Assembly (NCBI GenBank): GCA_017499595.2
Contig: CM038998.1
Span: forward strand, 248,001-312,000
From: Psilocybe cubensis
Taxonomy: Eukaryota
Length of the DNA: 64,000 bases
Direction: 5' to 3'
Under the pieces are notes generated by a model. The model ran no database searches. It saw only the letters and a list, made by a program, of their open reading frames with translations, and was not told the DNA's origin. The position numbers and the translations under genes were made by a program. Of this stretch, positions 25,730 through 39,778 are shown piece after piece. The first letter of the stretch is position 1; the number at the start of each line of letters is the position of its first letter.

Positions 25730-28700
25730 TTAGGCGGGTAGAGTAGAGTAGAGCAGAGCAGAGTATGTACAAACCACCGAGTACATCAAGCGCCCAGCCA
25801 CCTGAATCGTCCGCGTCATCCTCCGCCTCCGCACTCCCATAGAGGCCGGTATACGCCCTGGAGCTGGAGATTCAGAGGAGGAAAGCAGGCCCCAAAGCCC
25901 CTCGTCGCCCTCTTCATCACCCAAAATAAAAGCTTGCTTACCTGCCGATTTCATGTCTAGCACTGCCGATAACAACTTACTTACCTTACTTACCTTACTT
26001 ACCTTACCTTTACTCACCTTACAAAGTATGTTGTATATTGTATGTTAAAGCTTACTAGCCCTCTCCTCGAAAGCTCACTCCAATCTCCAATCTCCAATCT
26101 CCAGTCCCCATTCACATGTCATCACCATTCAATATTCAAGCCATTCAATATTCAAGCTTCAAGCCTCAAGCCTCAAGCTTCAAGCCTCAAGCTTCAAACT
26201 CCAAGTTCGATTCGTTCGATTCGATCCGATTCAACTTGAAATTCAATCCGATTAGTACCTAAAATAAAAAAGCGAAAAAAAAAAGAAAGAAATAAAAAAA
26301 GAGAGGTCAAAGAAAAAGGGAAAAAACGAAAGACAAAAAAAATTACGGTATCCTATCCTATCCTATCCTATCCTATCTGTGTGTCTGTATCCAATTTATA
26401 ACTGCATCCAGTCTGTATATGTGTATACGTGTAGCTAGTTGTAGCTGCATCGTTTCGCGAGTCCATTCCTCGCCTCACGCCTCGCCCCTTGCCCCTTGCC
26501 CCTGACCCTCACACCTGACCCTCACACCTGACCCTCGTACCTGACCCTCGTACCTCGCCCCCCGTACCTCGCGCACGCCTCACCAGGAGCATCACCAAGA
26601 CCATCAGCATATTTTCTGCGGAACACCAACACCAACAGCGGAAGAGGGCGAAGTGCTGGGAGAGGAGAGGAAGACGCGGATGTGGATGTGCGGTGCGTGC
26701 GCGCGCGCGCGTGGGGTGTATACATGTGCGCATGCAATGCAATACAATGCAATGCAATACAACGCGTAGCCAAGAAGTCGAATGCATTCATCGTCGTCCT
26801 CCAGTCATCGTCATCTGCACATCCCCCGCGCCCGTCGCCGTCCCATTAGCACCAGCACTAGCACTCGCACTCCCAGCACTCCCGCCCCCATTTCCATTCG
26901 CCCCAGAAGCACCGCCCCCACCTCCACCACTCCCACTCACAGCACCCCCAGCACCACCTCCACCTCCACCCCCACTCCAGCGCAGCCCAACCTCCAACAA
27001 ATCCCACCACCCAATCCCAATCCCAATCCCACCACCACCACCTCCCCCCGCCCCAGTGCTTCCTCCTCTCTTGTCAGGCGTAGCACCCGCACCCGCACCC
27101 GCGCTCGCGCTCGCAGCGTTCCCATCACCCCCCTTGCCCTGAGCCTCTTCATCGCCCTCACCATCCCTCTCGCCTTCGCGCACCAGGCGCACTCCAAGAA
27201 GCCCCTCCCTCTCCCCCTCACCCACTCCAAGATGCCCCTCACCCACACCCTCACGCATCCCGATCCCGCCCCCCAATCGAATTATACTTGGCATGGAACG
27301 GCGACATCGCAGCATGCGTTCTGACCTGTTCCTCCCCCCCTCCCCCTCCTCCTCCTCCTCCTGCGTTATTACTCCCTGAAAATCCAAAGGAGCTCGAAGA
27401 GTCCATCGGCGTCGCCGCACCAGCACCATACCCCGCGTTCGCCGAGGAATGGATGTTGGACGCGGCAGCGGCAGCGGCGCCCAACCGCGATTTCTTGAGA
27501 ATTTCATCTGCAATGTCCGCGCCGTATTGGTCTGCTAGTTGACTAGATAAAAAAAAAAAAAAAAAAAAAGTGCAGGGTTAGTAATAGTCATTGTGTTATG
27601 GTATGTAGATAGGGGGAGGAGGGGAGGAGGGGAAGTGGAGGAGGGGAAGTGTAAGTGTGAGGTGTAAGAGCAAGTGCGCTAGCTCCTCCATATCACATAA
27701 CACATAACACGAAATAACACAAAACACAAAACACAAAACAACAGAACACAAAATAACAGAACAGAACAGGTGAGACGAGACGAGATATCACGTATCGCAT
27801 CGCGTCTCACGTATCGCATCGCGTCTCTGCGAAGCCCAAGACATATAGTGCGGCGGCGGCGGCGGCGGCAGTCGTGGTCGTGGTACGACACGACGCCACA
27901 ACGTAAAAACGTAAGATGCGGAAACGTGAACGTAAGATGCAGATGTAACCCGTTCGCGTAGATGAAAGATGGTTAAATGAAAGAAGAAAAAAAAAAACAG
28001 AGTGCGGAGGAAGAGCGGAGATGAGCAGTGAGGCGAGGAAGTCAGGAGTGGGGGTGAGGAGGAAAACGTAAGAAGTGGAGTGGGAGTAGTGTAGAGTAGG
28101 GACTCGGGAAGGGCGAAAACGCACATCAACCGCCAAATCTGCATCCAAGCTGCACAATCCCCTAAAATCCCAAAAATCCAACAGAAAAAAAGAAAAAAAA
28201 GATGATGTAAAGAAAAAAACGCCAAAAAAAACAACGCCAAAAAACGCCAAAAAAAAAAGCACAAAAAAAAAAAAGCACAAAAAAAGAAACACAAAAACAA
28301 AAAACCACAACTCACTTGGCATAATTCTCCATAATCACCGCCATCGTACTCATATTCAACCTATACGCCTCAGGCATCATCCCCTTCCCAAACCGATACG
28401 TCACATGATTACTACACAGCAGCCCGGCAACCATCACCGCAAGCTGAAACGGCACCAGCACAAACGCCGCCGCATACCACCTCTTCAGCACGAACCTCTC
28501 AAAATCGAGGTAGGGCAGCTTGCACCCGGGGAGGATGGAGCGCGCGTAGCACGTTTGTGTTATGGTCGCTTCTACGAAGGGGGAGAAGTAGCCGCAGCAC
28601 TTGAGCTGATTCTGGATCCTCGCTCTGCCCTCCGGCCCGAGGGCCCTCGACCACTGCGCGTTGATCTTGCCCTCCAAATTGAACGTCCTCTTCTTATACG

Positions 28701-31690
28701 TCATATACCCTGGAGTAACGAGCAGGGCGAATGTGATCCAGGTGAAGAACGTGTACCACGCGAGGAAGCCGCGGTTGTTGAGGAGGATGCCGGCGAAGCC
28801 TATGAGGGATGTGAGGAGCCCGATGCATGATGCGAGTGTTGAGAGGACGAGTTCGGGGTGGTTCCCTGTGCGGATGATGTCTGCGTGTTCCCAGATGTCG
28901 AACCATGTCAACAGGCACACTACGAGTGCCGCGAGGGAGTACAGCACCAGCTGTGTATGCAGAGTAGAATGATGTTTGAATTTTTGAGAGGAAGAGAGGA
29001 AGAGAGGGGAGGGAGGGGGGGGGACGCACCATGCTGTTTGTGACTAACAAAATCCACTTGAACTTGTTCCACCTCAACCTCCCCTTCCCCTGCGGCATCC
29101 GCGCCTCATTACTCCGAAACGCCTCCAACCCCCCACCCCTCTTCGGCATCAAATTCTGCTCACCCCCCCCTCCTCCCTTGCCACCCTTCCGATTGCGCGT
29201 CCCACCAGGCGACACAATACTCGCACTAAACTTCGTCGGCAGATAATTCACACTCAGCGAAAGATTGCTCCCCGTCGCAACGGAGAGATTATCCTTCGAT
29301 CCTCGCGCAGAGGACGGACTCAGCCCCCCTCCCCCCCCTCCCCCTGCAGAGGCAAACGGGAGCGTAGGCGCAAGGAGCCCGTTGATATCCGTGAGAGACG
29401 AGGAGGTGCCGTGGTGCATGTCAGCGAGGATGGGCCGGGTGGAGTCGGCGCGCGAGTAGGAGGAGTTGGCGTGGGAGATGACGGAGGAGCGGCTGGGTGT
29501 GTGGGTCCCCGAGCCCGAGTGGGAGGTGGAGGTTGAGCGGGTGTGGGTGTGCAGGTGGGAGGGGGAGGAGGAGGTGGCGAAGGGGTGCGGGAAGGTGGGC
29601 ATGGGGGAAGGAGGGTGGGAAATGAATGGAAGTGGAAGGATGGAAGGAGCCGAATAGGGAATAAGGAAGGAAGGAGGTGGCGAGACCCAAACACAAAGTG
29701 AGCCGTAAACCAACGCAGAAGCGAACAGCGAATAGCCAAAGCGAACGTGAAAGTAAAAGAGAGAGAAAGAGAGAGAGAGAAAGAGAGGGGCGTCAGTCAA
29801 TCGGGCAAAACGATGAAGCGGGCGGCGGCGGGAATGTGAAAAAAAAAAGACGACTCACGGAGAATTTGGATCCATCTAACACCCGGTACACCGCAGTCGA
29901 TCAACAGCAGCAACAGCAATGATCAACAACAGCAACAATCAACAATCACAACAACAACAGTCAATCACAGAGGACAGATGGCGGGTGAATGAGAGTAGGT
30001 GAGCGAGAGCGAGGGTGTGGGTGTGAGTGCGTGACAGACGATTGTTGATACGTGGTGACGACGACGATGATGTGGGAAAAAAGAAAAAAAGAAAGGAGTG
30101 TGGAGCGTCGAGTCGAGCCAAGTGATATATGGGACGCCGCGTAGGCCAGGCGGTGCGTGCAGCGAGGTGGAGTAAACCAAGGGAGGTAAACGAAGGAATA
30201 AAGGAAGGGAAGGGTGTACGTTGATGACAGCGAAGACAGGAGGCGAGGCGAGGCGAGGCGTAACAACGGCGTAGCGTAAGCGGTGATGGGGAAAAATAAG
30301 AAAAAAAATTTATTGCGTAAGAATCATCCTCAAATCAACTTTATGAAACCAACAAAGCCAAAGCGGGTCACCGAAAAAAATTCGTTCTCATGCGCCTTTC
30401 CCACTTTCGCAAATCGAATCGAATCCGAATCGCCACCTTTCCCGACTTCCAGGCGGAAATGAGGGAGGTGGTGATAGTGATAGGGATTATGTGGATCCAG
30501 CCAAAGGCGATATAATCCGCGATTCGCAATTCGCGATTCACGATTCATGAAGGGGCAAGGGGCAAATGCAAGGGGCAAGGGGCAAGGGGTAGAATAACGG
30601 CCAACACACACCGCAAACCAGACAAGGGGTAGAACAACGAACAACGGCCCACACACACCGCAAAACGGACAAGGGGTAAAGACAAAGCACATACCAAATG
30701 CGGGCTCCCCGTCCGCTCAACATGATGCTGCTGCCCATTCTGATCCAGATACGTCGACCAGACGCGTTGCATTGCTGTGTGTGTGATTGTGATTGTGTTT
30801 CTGCTTTTATGCTTCTGCTTCTGCTTCTGGATGGTGTGTGATGATGTGATGCGATGCCGTGGGTTGGGGCGGGTTGGGGTGAGGGCGGGTGAGGGCGGGT
30901 GAGGGCGGGGTGAGGCGGGGTGAGGCGGGTGAGATAAGGCGGGACGCGGGATGAGGTGAGGTGAGGGCGGGCGGGATGGACGGGACGGTGGGGTTGGATG
31001 GTCGTATGAATGAAGGGAATGTGAATGAATGAACGATGAATGAACAATGAATGAACAACGGACAGAAGGACGGAAGGAAGTACAGGAAGGTAAAATCAAC
31101 GGACGGATGGACGGACGAAGGGAGGAAGAATCGTCGTGATGGTAAAAACAAAGAATGTACAACGCCCGTGCGTCCGTGTCCGTGCTTGCGCGTGGGTGCC
31201 TGCGGGGGGCGGGACGGACTCAGTCTAAGAAAAGGGAAAACGCGGGGTACAATACAAATGCCCACGCGACGCGAGTAGTAGAATGTAGAATGTAGAATTC
31301 AACAAGCAAAATTCAAAAACAAAAACAAAAACAAAAACAAAAACAAATCATCAAATACAAACACAACGTCTACTAACAAGGAAAGTGGCAAGAACAGCAC
31401 AGAACAGAACAGAATATATAGAACAGAAAATAGATATTCTGATAGATAGATAAGGGAACCGGGAGGATATTCGATAAGGACTAGCGACTCGGATAACGTG
31501 CGACCGACCGACCGAGGGAGCGAGCTACTCTTAGAATATATACTATACTATACTACACCCATACTATACTATACCTATACTATACAACGCTCAAGAAACC
31601 GGCGAACCCGCCATATCCAACCAAGCCATATCCAACCTAACCAAGCCATCTCATATCATATCATATCATATGAACATACATAGATAATAG
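25730..31690. repeat. Microsatellite/low-complexity island around the tetraspanin gene
   Basis: Dense runs such as (CTTAC)n, (CCTAT)n, poly-A, (GA)n, (AGGCG)n, (AAAAAC)n and (TATAC)n. Confidence 0.85.
27251..29602 (-). CDS. Tetraspanin, Tsp2-type (basidiomycete)
   Basis: Four hydrophobic segments; CCG motif (QLKCCGYFSP), CYARSILPGCK, HVTYRFGKGMMPEAYRL; introns 28951-29029 and 27543-28315 join in frame to NQLADQYG; start codon tentative. Confidence 0.85.
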
Positions 31691-32291
31691 CTTATGTCGG
31701 AAACCTCTAGATCGCCTTTTCAGGCGTTAGTCTGATCATTGCCCCGATTTTACTGATCAGATCATTGTTAATGGGCTAAAATGTACAACGTGGTATGATA
31801 AGCGAGACTGCCTCCTGTTAATGCTAAGGGCAGTGTGATGTTATAAATGACCTTAAGATAAGATAATGTACACTAGGGACTTGTCATTAATAGATGACGT
31901 GAGGAAACACTTGATAGAGACTTTGGAGTTGTTTAAGCATACCAAAAACCCTAATAGCACCATACATTATGCTTCTACGGGCAATCTGTGCACTAATTTA
32001 TATGATTAGATTGTATATCACGATACTAAACACAAGTAAAAGGGACAATAGAACACTTTAACTGCCTTTAATGGCTTCGATTTTTTGTCATTTACCAAGT
32101 TTAGCATGCTTAGAATACTTAGTTCCACAAGAAAGTAGATATGTAAACTTCTAGAGAGGTATAGAACGCTTCTAGCTTAATATTACTTGATTTCTTAAGA
32201 CATAGAAAAGTATAAATTACAGTGGAAGTTGTGCTTTCTTTAATGAACAAATAGTGCCCTTATCTTTTCTCTTACAAGCCTCTCACCAAAT

Positions 32292-35200
32292 ATTCCTCCT
32301 CGTAAAACATCTCAGTCAAAAGGGTACATGATGTCTCGTGCAGATCCTGGTCGTGTTGAGTGCACCTGGTGCACAAACATGTACCTTCCTCGCGGAATTG
32401 GAGCTCATGAACGACGATGTGCACTCAATCCAGCCAATTCAAACCATCACGCATCGGAAATCAACACGGAATTTGTTGCTCTTGCTGAGCAAGAGGGCAG
32501 AAATGGAAAGATGGTACCTACTTCTATGCATGCATATTTCTAACGCTTGTATTTTCTAATAGTTAACGATGCTATCCGAATTGCTCAACAACAACATCCA
32601 AACAACTATCACAAGAGTATATTACCAGAAGTACCAAACTCTCCAAATATATTCTCCGAAGGTAAGCACCATTTAATTGATAGAAAAACAGATAAGAAAC
32701 TACTCATGATGTTGTAACTTAGAAATGCAAGAGGATTCTGAATCAGATGTCAATTTTGAGCAAGCTCGCAGTACCACTCCCCAATTTCAAGACATACACA
32801 TTAAGTATCACCCAAGCTCCCAAATTCCAGATGAAAATTATACTTTTGACGAATACTGTGAGCTTGACAGCGAAGGCGATTCACCGTTAAAATCTGTCAA
32901 TGTGGACCAGAGGCCTTGGCGCCCATTTCGTACACGTCTTGACTTCGAGTTTGCGGAGATATTTCTTAGCGCCCATCTGAGTCATGATCAGTTAGAGGTA
33001 CTTATTGCCCTAATTCATCAAGCCGTCACATCACCAAATGAATTCACCCTGAAAAATGATGCCGATTTAACTCAAATATGGACTTTTGCACGGGAAACCC
33101 GTGCACAAGGAGTACGTGTGCACTGCAACTTTATTTAACAGTTTATTATTCACCAGACAGCTGTTGGCAACTGGTTTAGTTTATCAAGACGCCTATTTCG
33201 GTCAATTACAAGGGTGAAAGCCTTACCTACAATGTGTGGTACCGTCCCCTATGGGAATGGTGCCGTGAACTTCTTCTGGATCCAGCACTTGTCCGAAGAT
33301 TTCACTGGAATGCAGAACAGTTGTTCATGTATAAAGGAGAGAGGTTTGAGCGCATAATTGATGAGCCATGGACTGGGAACACTTGGTGGGACATCCAGGT
33401 ATCACAATTTTAATACTTCATTGAGAAACAAGTCTATATACTCACAAAATGTTTGATATGTCAAAGTCACGGCCAGATATTCCAAACGACGCTAGTTTAA
33501 TGTTCATCAATCCTTGGGCAGATAAATCCCAATTATCATCCTTTGGAACAGTCAAAGGCTATCCTGTCATGGTAAGATGTGCAAACCTTCCTGTTAATAT
33601 CCGGAATGGAACTGGAGTTGGAGGAGGTCGACTTATTGGCTGGTTACCCATTGTATGTCTCCATTTTATTAAATGATTCAAAGTTTCTCAAATAGCCCAT
33701 ATCTTTGCTAATGTTATTTGAATTTCTCTTATTATAGCCAGACGAGGATTCAGCCCATACTCACAAAGCCAGCTACGTTGACCTCAAACGGTTAATTTGG
33801 CATAAAGCCGTACACAAAATCCTACAGTCAATTGAAGCGCCAGCAACCTTTGGAGCTGCAATCAAGTGCGGAGATGGAAAGATTCGAAATATCTTTCCTC
33901 ATATTCTCTCAATATCTGCTGACTACGAAGAACAGTAAGCTGTATTACGAAAGTAGAGTTCTGTAGCATAACTAACTTATAATTTTATTGACAGGACAAT
34001 GATGGCATTGACACGAGGGCGAACGGGACTGTTTCCTTGCCCAATTTGTTTAGTTCCAAATTCCAAGCTCTCCAACATTTCAACCGTGTATCCTTGACGC
34101 ACAACCTCTCAAATGCGTCAAATTTACATTCGTTCCCAGAGTTTAAATGCAACAGAAAGTGAAGAGCTGCTTAAATCATATGGGATTACGGATGTTATGG
34201 TATATTTCAAATAAGCGCCCATTATCCGGGTGATTGTTTACTCTGGTGCTGAAATTATATTTTATATTTTAGAATGTATTCTAGGATATAAACCGAACTG
34301 ATATATACAAAGCACTCTCCTTTGATGTGCTACACGCTTATGATGGGGGACTATTCAAATCACATATGTTGGTGGAGCTGAAAGCAGTGCTCAGGGATCT
34401 AGGTAGAGATGCTGAGGTTGGTGTAGATCTTGGTCTGCAAAGTATCCCCCCATGGCCTGCACTCAACCATTTTGATGCACTAAACAAAACCGGAGAAATG
34501 TCTGATGGACGAAAGTTTGAGCACCTATCCAAGGTTATCATTTTTGCTGCTCAACATGTGCTGACTGCTGAAGCTTCTCCACGTGGATACTTACTACTAC
34601 GGCTAATTCGGAGCTACCTAAACCTTCGAATGTTTGCTTCATTAACTCTGCAAACGGAAACATCAATCAGTAATGGCCGGAAATATCTTGAAACATTCAG
34701 CAAAACTCTTCAGGTGTGTTTCTTTTACAAATATTGGTTTGTGGCTTACTTTGTCATAAAATTTTAAAAAAATAGTTGTATGCATCTGAAAGTCCGGAGA
34801 AGTCTTGGAATTTTCCCAAGGCACATACGCACCAGCATATCTTTGACGACATTCTTGATAAAGGTGTAACTCGCAACTATAATACAAAGCCATATGAGAA
34901 GGCAAATGGACCATTGAAAAAGTTCTATCAGAACCATACCAATTTCAAGAATGTAGCACCACAAGTAAGCCATAAACTATATTATTTTATGTGAGCAGTA
35001 CCTTATACATAACTGAATCACTACATCTTTTTAACTCATCAGATTCTCCAAGTTAACGAAATGGATCTTGTGTCAAATATTGTACGTGATGGAATAGACT
35101 TACTCGATGTCTCTGTGGAGAAAAATATAGAAGATGCAGAAGAACGAGACGGCCTAGACCTGCCAGCAAAGTCTAAGCCTGGGAATGACCATATACATCT

Positions 35201-35910
35201 TGGATCAAAGCTCCCTTCCATTACATTGTCTGAACTTGAGCTGGAAACTATCCACTCACAAGATGCTGCATTTAATTTATTCCGACGAAGGCTGGGTCAA
35301 TCACTCTCACAAACCATTGGAAGTAGAGTTTTGTTGAGTACAGATCATCCAGTAAGTGATTAACCTTTATTAGACTTAGACTTCTGCATTCAGTTTGAAG
35401 CATTGAACTAACATCAAATTTCTCAATATTCAGATCACACCCTATCGGTCTATTGAGGTATTCTATGAATCACTCATTGACTGGCGGGTAGAAAGCAATA
35501 TACTCCAAACCAATCCCAAATTCCATCATAAAGAACGATATGATTTTGCTCTTATCAAGGTTGATCAAAAGCAATGCATTTTTGTGCAGCTTTTGTATCT
35601 ATTTGGTATTGAGCTATATAATCAAACATATTATATGGCACTAGCCTTGCCTATGGACGTTCCATGTTCCTTATTGGCTCGCCGACGCGACATAGACTTG
35701 GGATTAATCAGGGTTTGGTCTTGGCCAAGATCATCAGCTGTTTTTATATATGCTGATACAATCATTCGGGGTGCACTTTTATCCAAAAATCACAGCACAG
35801 ATGTCACTGGATCAGAATTTTTGGTCAATGATCTCATTGATCAGGATATGTGGGAGCGCTTAAATCCAGATTTAGGTCATGTAGAATTGATTAATCATGC
35901 AAATGTGTAA
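32292..35910 (+). pseudogene. Plavaka transposase, inactivated
   Basis: Relative to copy 1: start ATG>ATT (32292-32294), CGA>TGA (34095-34097) and TGG>TAG (34282-34284). Confidence 0.85.
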
Positions 35911-36629
35911 TGTACTATCAGCCTTGCTATTAATTGCACTTGCCTTTGTACTCAGACACCCCAAATAGAGGTATTTTCTTTCGACCTGCTGCGCTTTCAT
36001 ATATACTTAGGTATATCACACTAAAAGACTTAATTTCGGCCCAACGGTAACACATCGGCACATCCTGAAATGCAAGTAATGCAGAATGCGACATTGTGAG
36101 AAAGTTCACAGCCGTGAGAAAGTTGACTTAGAACAAATCAATCGTGCATGGTAACAGGCGTTTGGAGAGCGGCATGGCTAAATTCAACAAGTTAAACATA
36201 GATACAATTAATTTGTAGTATAGAATAGCACTCCATCATGTTAGAATGCACTCACATATCAGGTGGAGGTCTCAATAGATAGTTGCTCATGCGGTATCAA
36301 TGCAATTTCATGTGCATTAGTGATGAATTAATAAATTGAGAATCCCTTCACCATCAACCGGGTGCATTGATCAAAGTGGCATGTGGCTACAACAGGCTTA
36401 TCTGCTAATCATATTGCATGCGCTTCCAAGCAGCATGAGTCTCAGACTATTCTATGTCAATGAACTATAAGAAAAATGATGCCTAAAATACAATACTTTC
36501 ACATCTACCTTGTTATCAGTAGATAGAAGACATTGTTTATTAGTTAATTTGGAAGCGGGCAGAAGGGAGACTCTTATAAAAAAAACAAGCCAAAGGTCTA
36601 TGTAGACATAATCTACCTACATTAAAGCA

Positions 36630-38950
36630 ATGGCCCGTCGTTGTATCCAAGGTCCAAGCTCTGCTAGAAGTATATCTGGCAGTAACCCAATGCTATCATG
36701 CACTAGCACTCCTCCTCTTATTGTGGATTCAATGCCAGGACTTGCTGCAGATCCCGGAACATTATTCCCACTAGATACCTCTTCTTCCAGCGCTTCCTTG
36801 CCACCAAATAATCCTTCAGAATCTTTTGCTGTTCCCCAGTTTCTAGACATGACACAGCTCTATAAGGTGTGGTTCATTCGCATTTCTGTATGTGATAACA
36901 GAAAATGAATTATTTTGACATATTCTAGGCCTACTGTACACTGCAAAAGGACTACTTGTCTCTACAGACTGCAAACTCACAGCTTAAAGCGGAGGTTGCA
37001 GATCTAAAGCTCCAGCTCACACGTCAACCAAAGCGTGTGCAGAATGCTAAAAATGCAAGTATTCCAGGCACTGTTGTAGAGCCAATTTCATCCGAAGTAG
37101 ACCCTGCTGTTACAGATATGGCACTGGATGTGAAAAAATGGGGGCGGTATTTTGGACTTTTTTACAATCTCTTTGTTACACCTGCCATGTTTTCTCCAAC
37201 ACTACCTACTGCATCATTTGCCTTGGACAGCGTTGAGCGTTACCAATTGCCAGCTAATGAGGCTATTAGAGCATCTCTAGAGCTTTACGAGCACATTCCC
37301 TCCAAGTATCATCCGATCATGCGGTTGGTGTCTAGCTCAAAGGGTAAAACATTTCTCCGATTGGTGAGTCATTGATATTTTAAATTAAACAAGTTGTTGA
37401 TAGAATGCTAATATTTTGCCAAATGGTTGCAAATTACATCGACAGTTTAGGGAGGGACTCAGTGCTGGTCGGTCCACTTCATTATCAATGCTTCGAACGT
37501 CTTGTGCAGCTAGTATTTTTGGCCTTCCAACACATTACTTTGATCCCAAATTTACATCCCAACGAATCAAGATGCCGGAAATTCAAAAGCTTTTGGGATT
37601 TGATGTTGCATTTGCTAACTCGGAAGCAGGAAAGGCCTCACCCAAAAAGGCTTATGCTCGCTTTCCACCTATTTTGTGTAAAAATGGCGATACTTCACGT
37701 GTTGACCATAGATTTCGAAACGGGTCTCTGTATATGGTACGAACAGTTACTTGCTTATGTTTTTTAATTATCAAGCTCACACTAAATATGGTGGCATGCT
37801 GTAGACTGCTCGTGCTACGCTTTTTGGAAAGACATCCGCCATGGACAAGGACAATGCTGTGTCTCGGGCCTCAAGCTTTTATCTAGGGTCGGACAAGCCT
37901 GCAAAGACAACATTTGGTTTAATTGCAAATATTTGCGGATTTGTAAGTTGCTGGGCCGTCTACCTTATTTGTTATATATGTTCATCTATTATCAGTGCAG
38001 ATATATTTTATCTAGCGACAAATCCTTTGGCGGGTCAGGAATTGGACCCGATACGAAAATTGACTACAATGCCGAAATCAATTATTACAAAATGTATCTT
38101 ACCCAACTTCATGCAAATCCGACAACTGCAGGGTATGTTGTTCGACTTCTCAAAGAGTGGGACAGTGAGGTATTTGCTGTCAATATTTCGGCACATGGAC
38201 AATCCGGACAGGACAGTGATGGAGAGGTTATTGAATTAGATCAAGCTGCCGAAATTGAGCGAGACATGGAGCGTCTGCATCTTGAAGAAGAATCCGAATT
38301 TGCTGTGTCTGCACATTCTGATACATTTGATGGAGAGGATTTTGATGAAACAGAGGATGCAGACAACGATATTGACGGTCAAAATACACGCTCTTGTAAG
38401 TCATAAATTTAACTGGGGTTCTATCATTATTTTTTGTGATTATGTTTGTTAATACTGCACTAATTTATACTTGCTTATAGTACTTGTTCCTATCCGGGGG
38501 ACTACAGAAGCAGAGCACTTCAATAACTTTGAAGAAGAAACACATCACGACGGTGCACGTCCACTCAATGAACAGCCTCGCAGCAATCTAACTTTAGATT
38601 CTGATATCAATATCATTGACCCGACGACTATCAATGCTGTGCAGAGCAGTCCATTGACACTTGCCGACCCCTTGACGGAATCCCTGCCTTCTCAAGCCAA
38701 TCCATCAGAACCCATTGCAACATTGACAAAACGGTTAACACGCACCGAATCTAGAGCTATAGTGTCTTGTCTAGCCATGGAAGAAAGATTTCCAGCCCAT
38801 AATTCTTTTCACACACCCAATATTAATACCTCCCATCATTCCGATGACAATGCCAACAATTCCTCTCCCACCAGTCATGACCCAGGCACACAACAAGGTG
38901 GGAAGTCTTCAACACGGTCCCGGGGTTCTGGAAAAAGAGGACGGAAATAA
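36630..38950 (+). CDS. Plavaka accessory protein (coiled coil, helical domain, acidic/disordered tail; loosely DUF6698-like)
   Basis: Multi-exon ORF chain; LFGKTSA..TFGLIA..RYILSSD..IDY..YY..LLKEWDSEVF; the DUF name is from memory only. Confidence 0.6.
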
Positions 38951-39658
38951 CTTATTACTGTCGATGTCCTATTGATAATATTAGTACATCCAGTGTAGAT
39001 TTTAAATCGAACTTACTGTCATTATCTGACTGCTATTAGTCCCTTGCAATTTGTGGGTACTGTAAGAGCAAAAGGATCTTATCCAATATGTGAGGCATAT
39101 CCAATTTACAAGGTGTATCCGATTTGCAAGGCGCATCCAACTTGCGAGGCAAAGAGTGAGGCCTTCAGAAGATAATTATGTTGACGAAGGTACGAGTTAA
39201 CCTTTCTTAACAGTTTAATATACGGCGCAATGGCTCAGTGGTTATAAAGGTAAGCAGTGTTTTCAAGGTAATGTGTTCGAATCCCGGTAAGTACATCGTC
39301 TTAATTAATACTCTAATTACAAATATGTCTTCAAGTGATGTGATAATGGCAAGCAACGCACCTGTCTTCTTTTGATCACGTTTGACTCTTCTCATTTTAC
39401 GGGTCGCCTAATCTTGTCTAATGGATCTTATCAGGTATTTGTTGCCTGATCATGGCCTACCTGATCACGTTGGTGCTTAATGATCATGCGACTACAATTC
39501 TGATCAGGCATTATCATACAAATTTAGCATTAACGGCATTAACGGCCTGATCATGCACCTAGGGAGTTTCCGACATAGGGTACTTCTTCTAACCATAACG
39601 CACCTCCCCCGCGCCCGCCGCTATACAGCCATACCGCCTGGAAACCCTTGTCAACCCT

Positions 39659-39778
39659 CAATCCCACTCCAATCCCACTCCAATCCCACTCCAATCCCAC
39701 TCCAATCCCACTCCAATCCCACTCCAATCCCTCACTAAATTTCCACTCCAATCCCTCACTAAATTTCCACTCCAAATC
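39659..39778 (+). repeat. Minisatellite (AATCCCACTCC)x6 followed by two copies of a 24-mer derivative
   Basis: Directly visible. Confidence 0.9.

Larger units (their letters stand above)
31695..39575 (+). mobile_element. Plavaka-type DNA transposon, copy 2 (complete, 7881 bp)
   Basis: Termini TGTCGGAAAC ... GTTTCCGACA, flanked by TA on both sides; subterminal TGATCA and GTTAATGCTAA/TTAGCATTAAC motifs; transposase plus accessory gene. Confidence 0.92.

Noticed and set aside
26500-31300. Many Pro/Gly/Phe-rich ORFs on both strands
   Set aside because: Products of microsatellites or antisense to the tetraspanin
1-39575. TET/JBP dioxygenase cargo, often linked to KDZ/Plavaka elements
   Set aside because: No ORF with a recognisable HxD...H 2OG-Fe signature was seen
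39659-39778. Telomere-like or CRISPR-like array
   Set aside because: Not TTAGGG-type and has no spacers; an ordinary minisatellite
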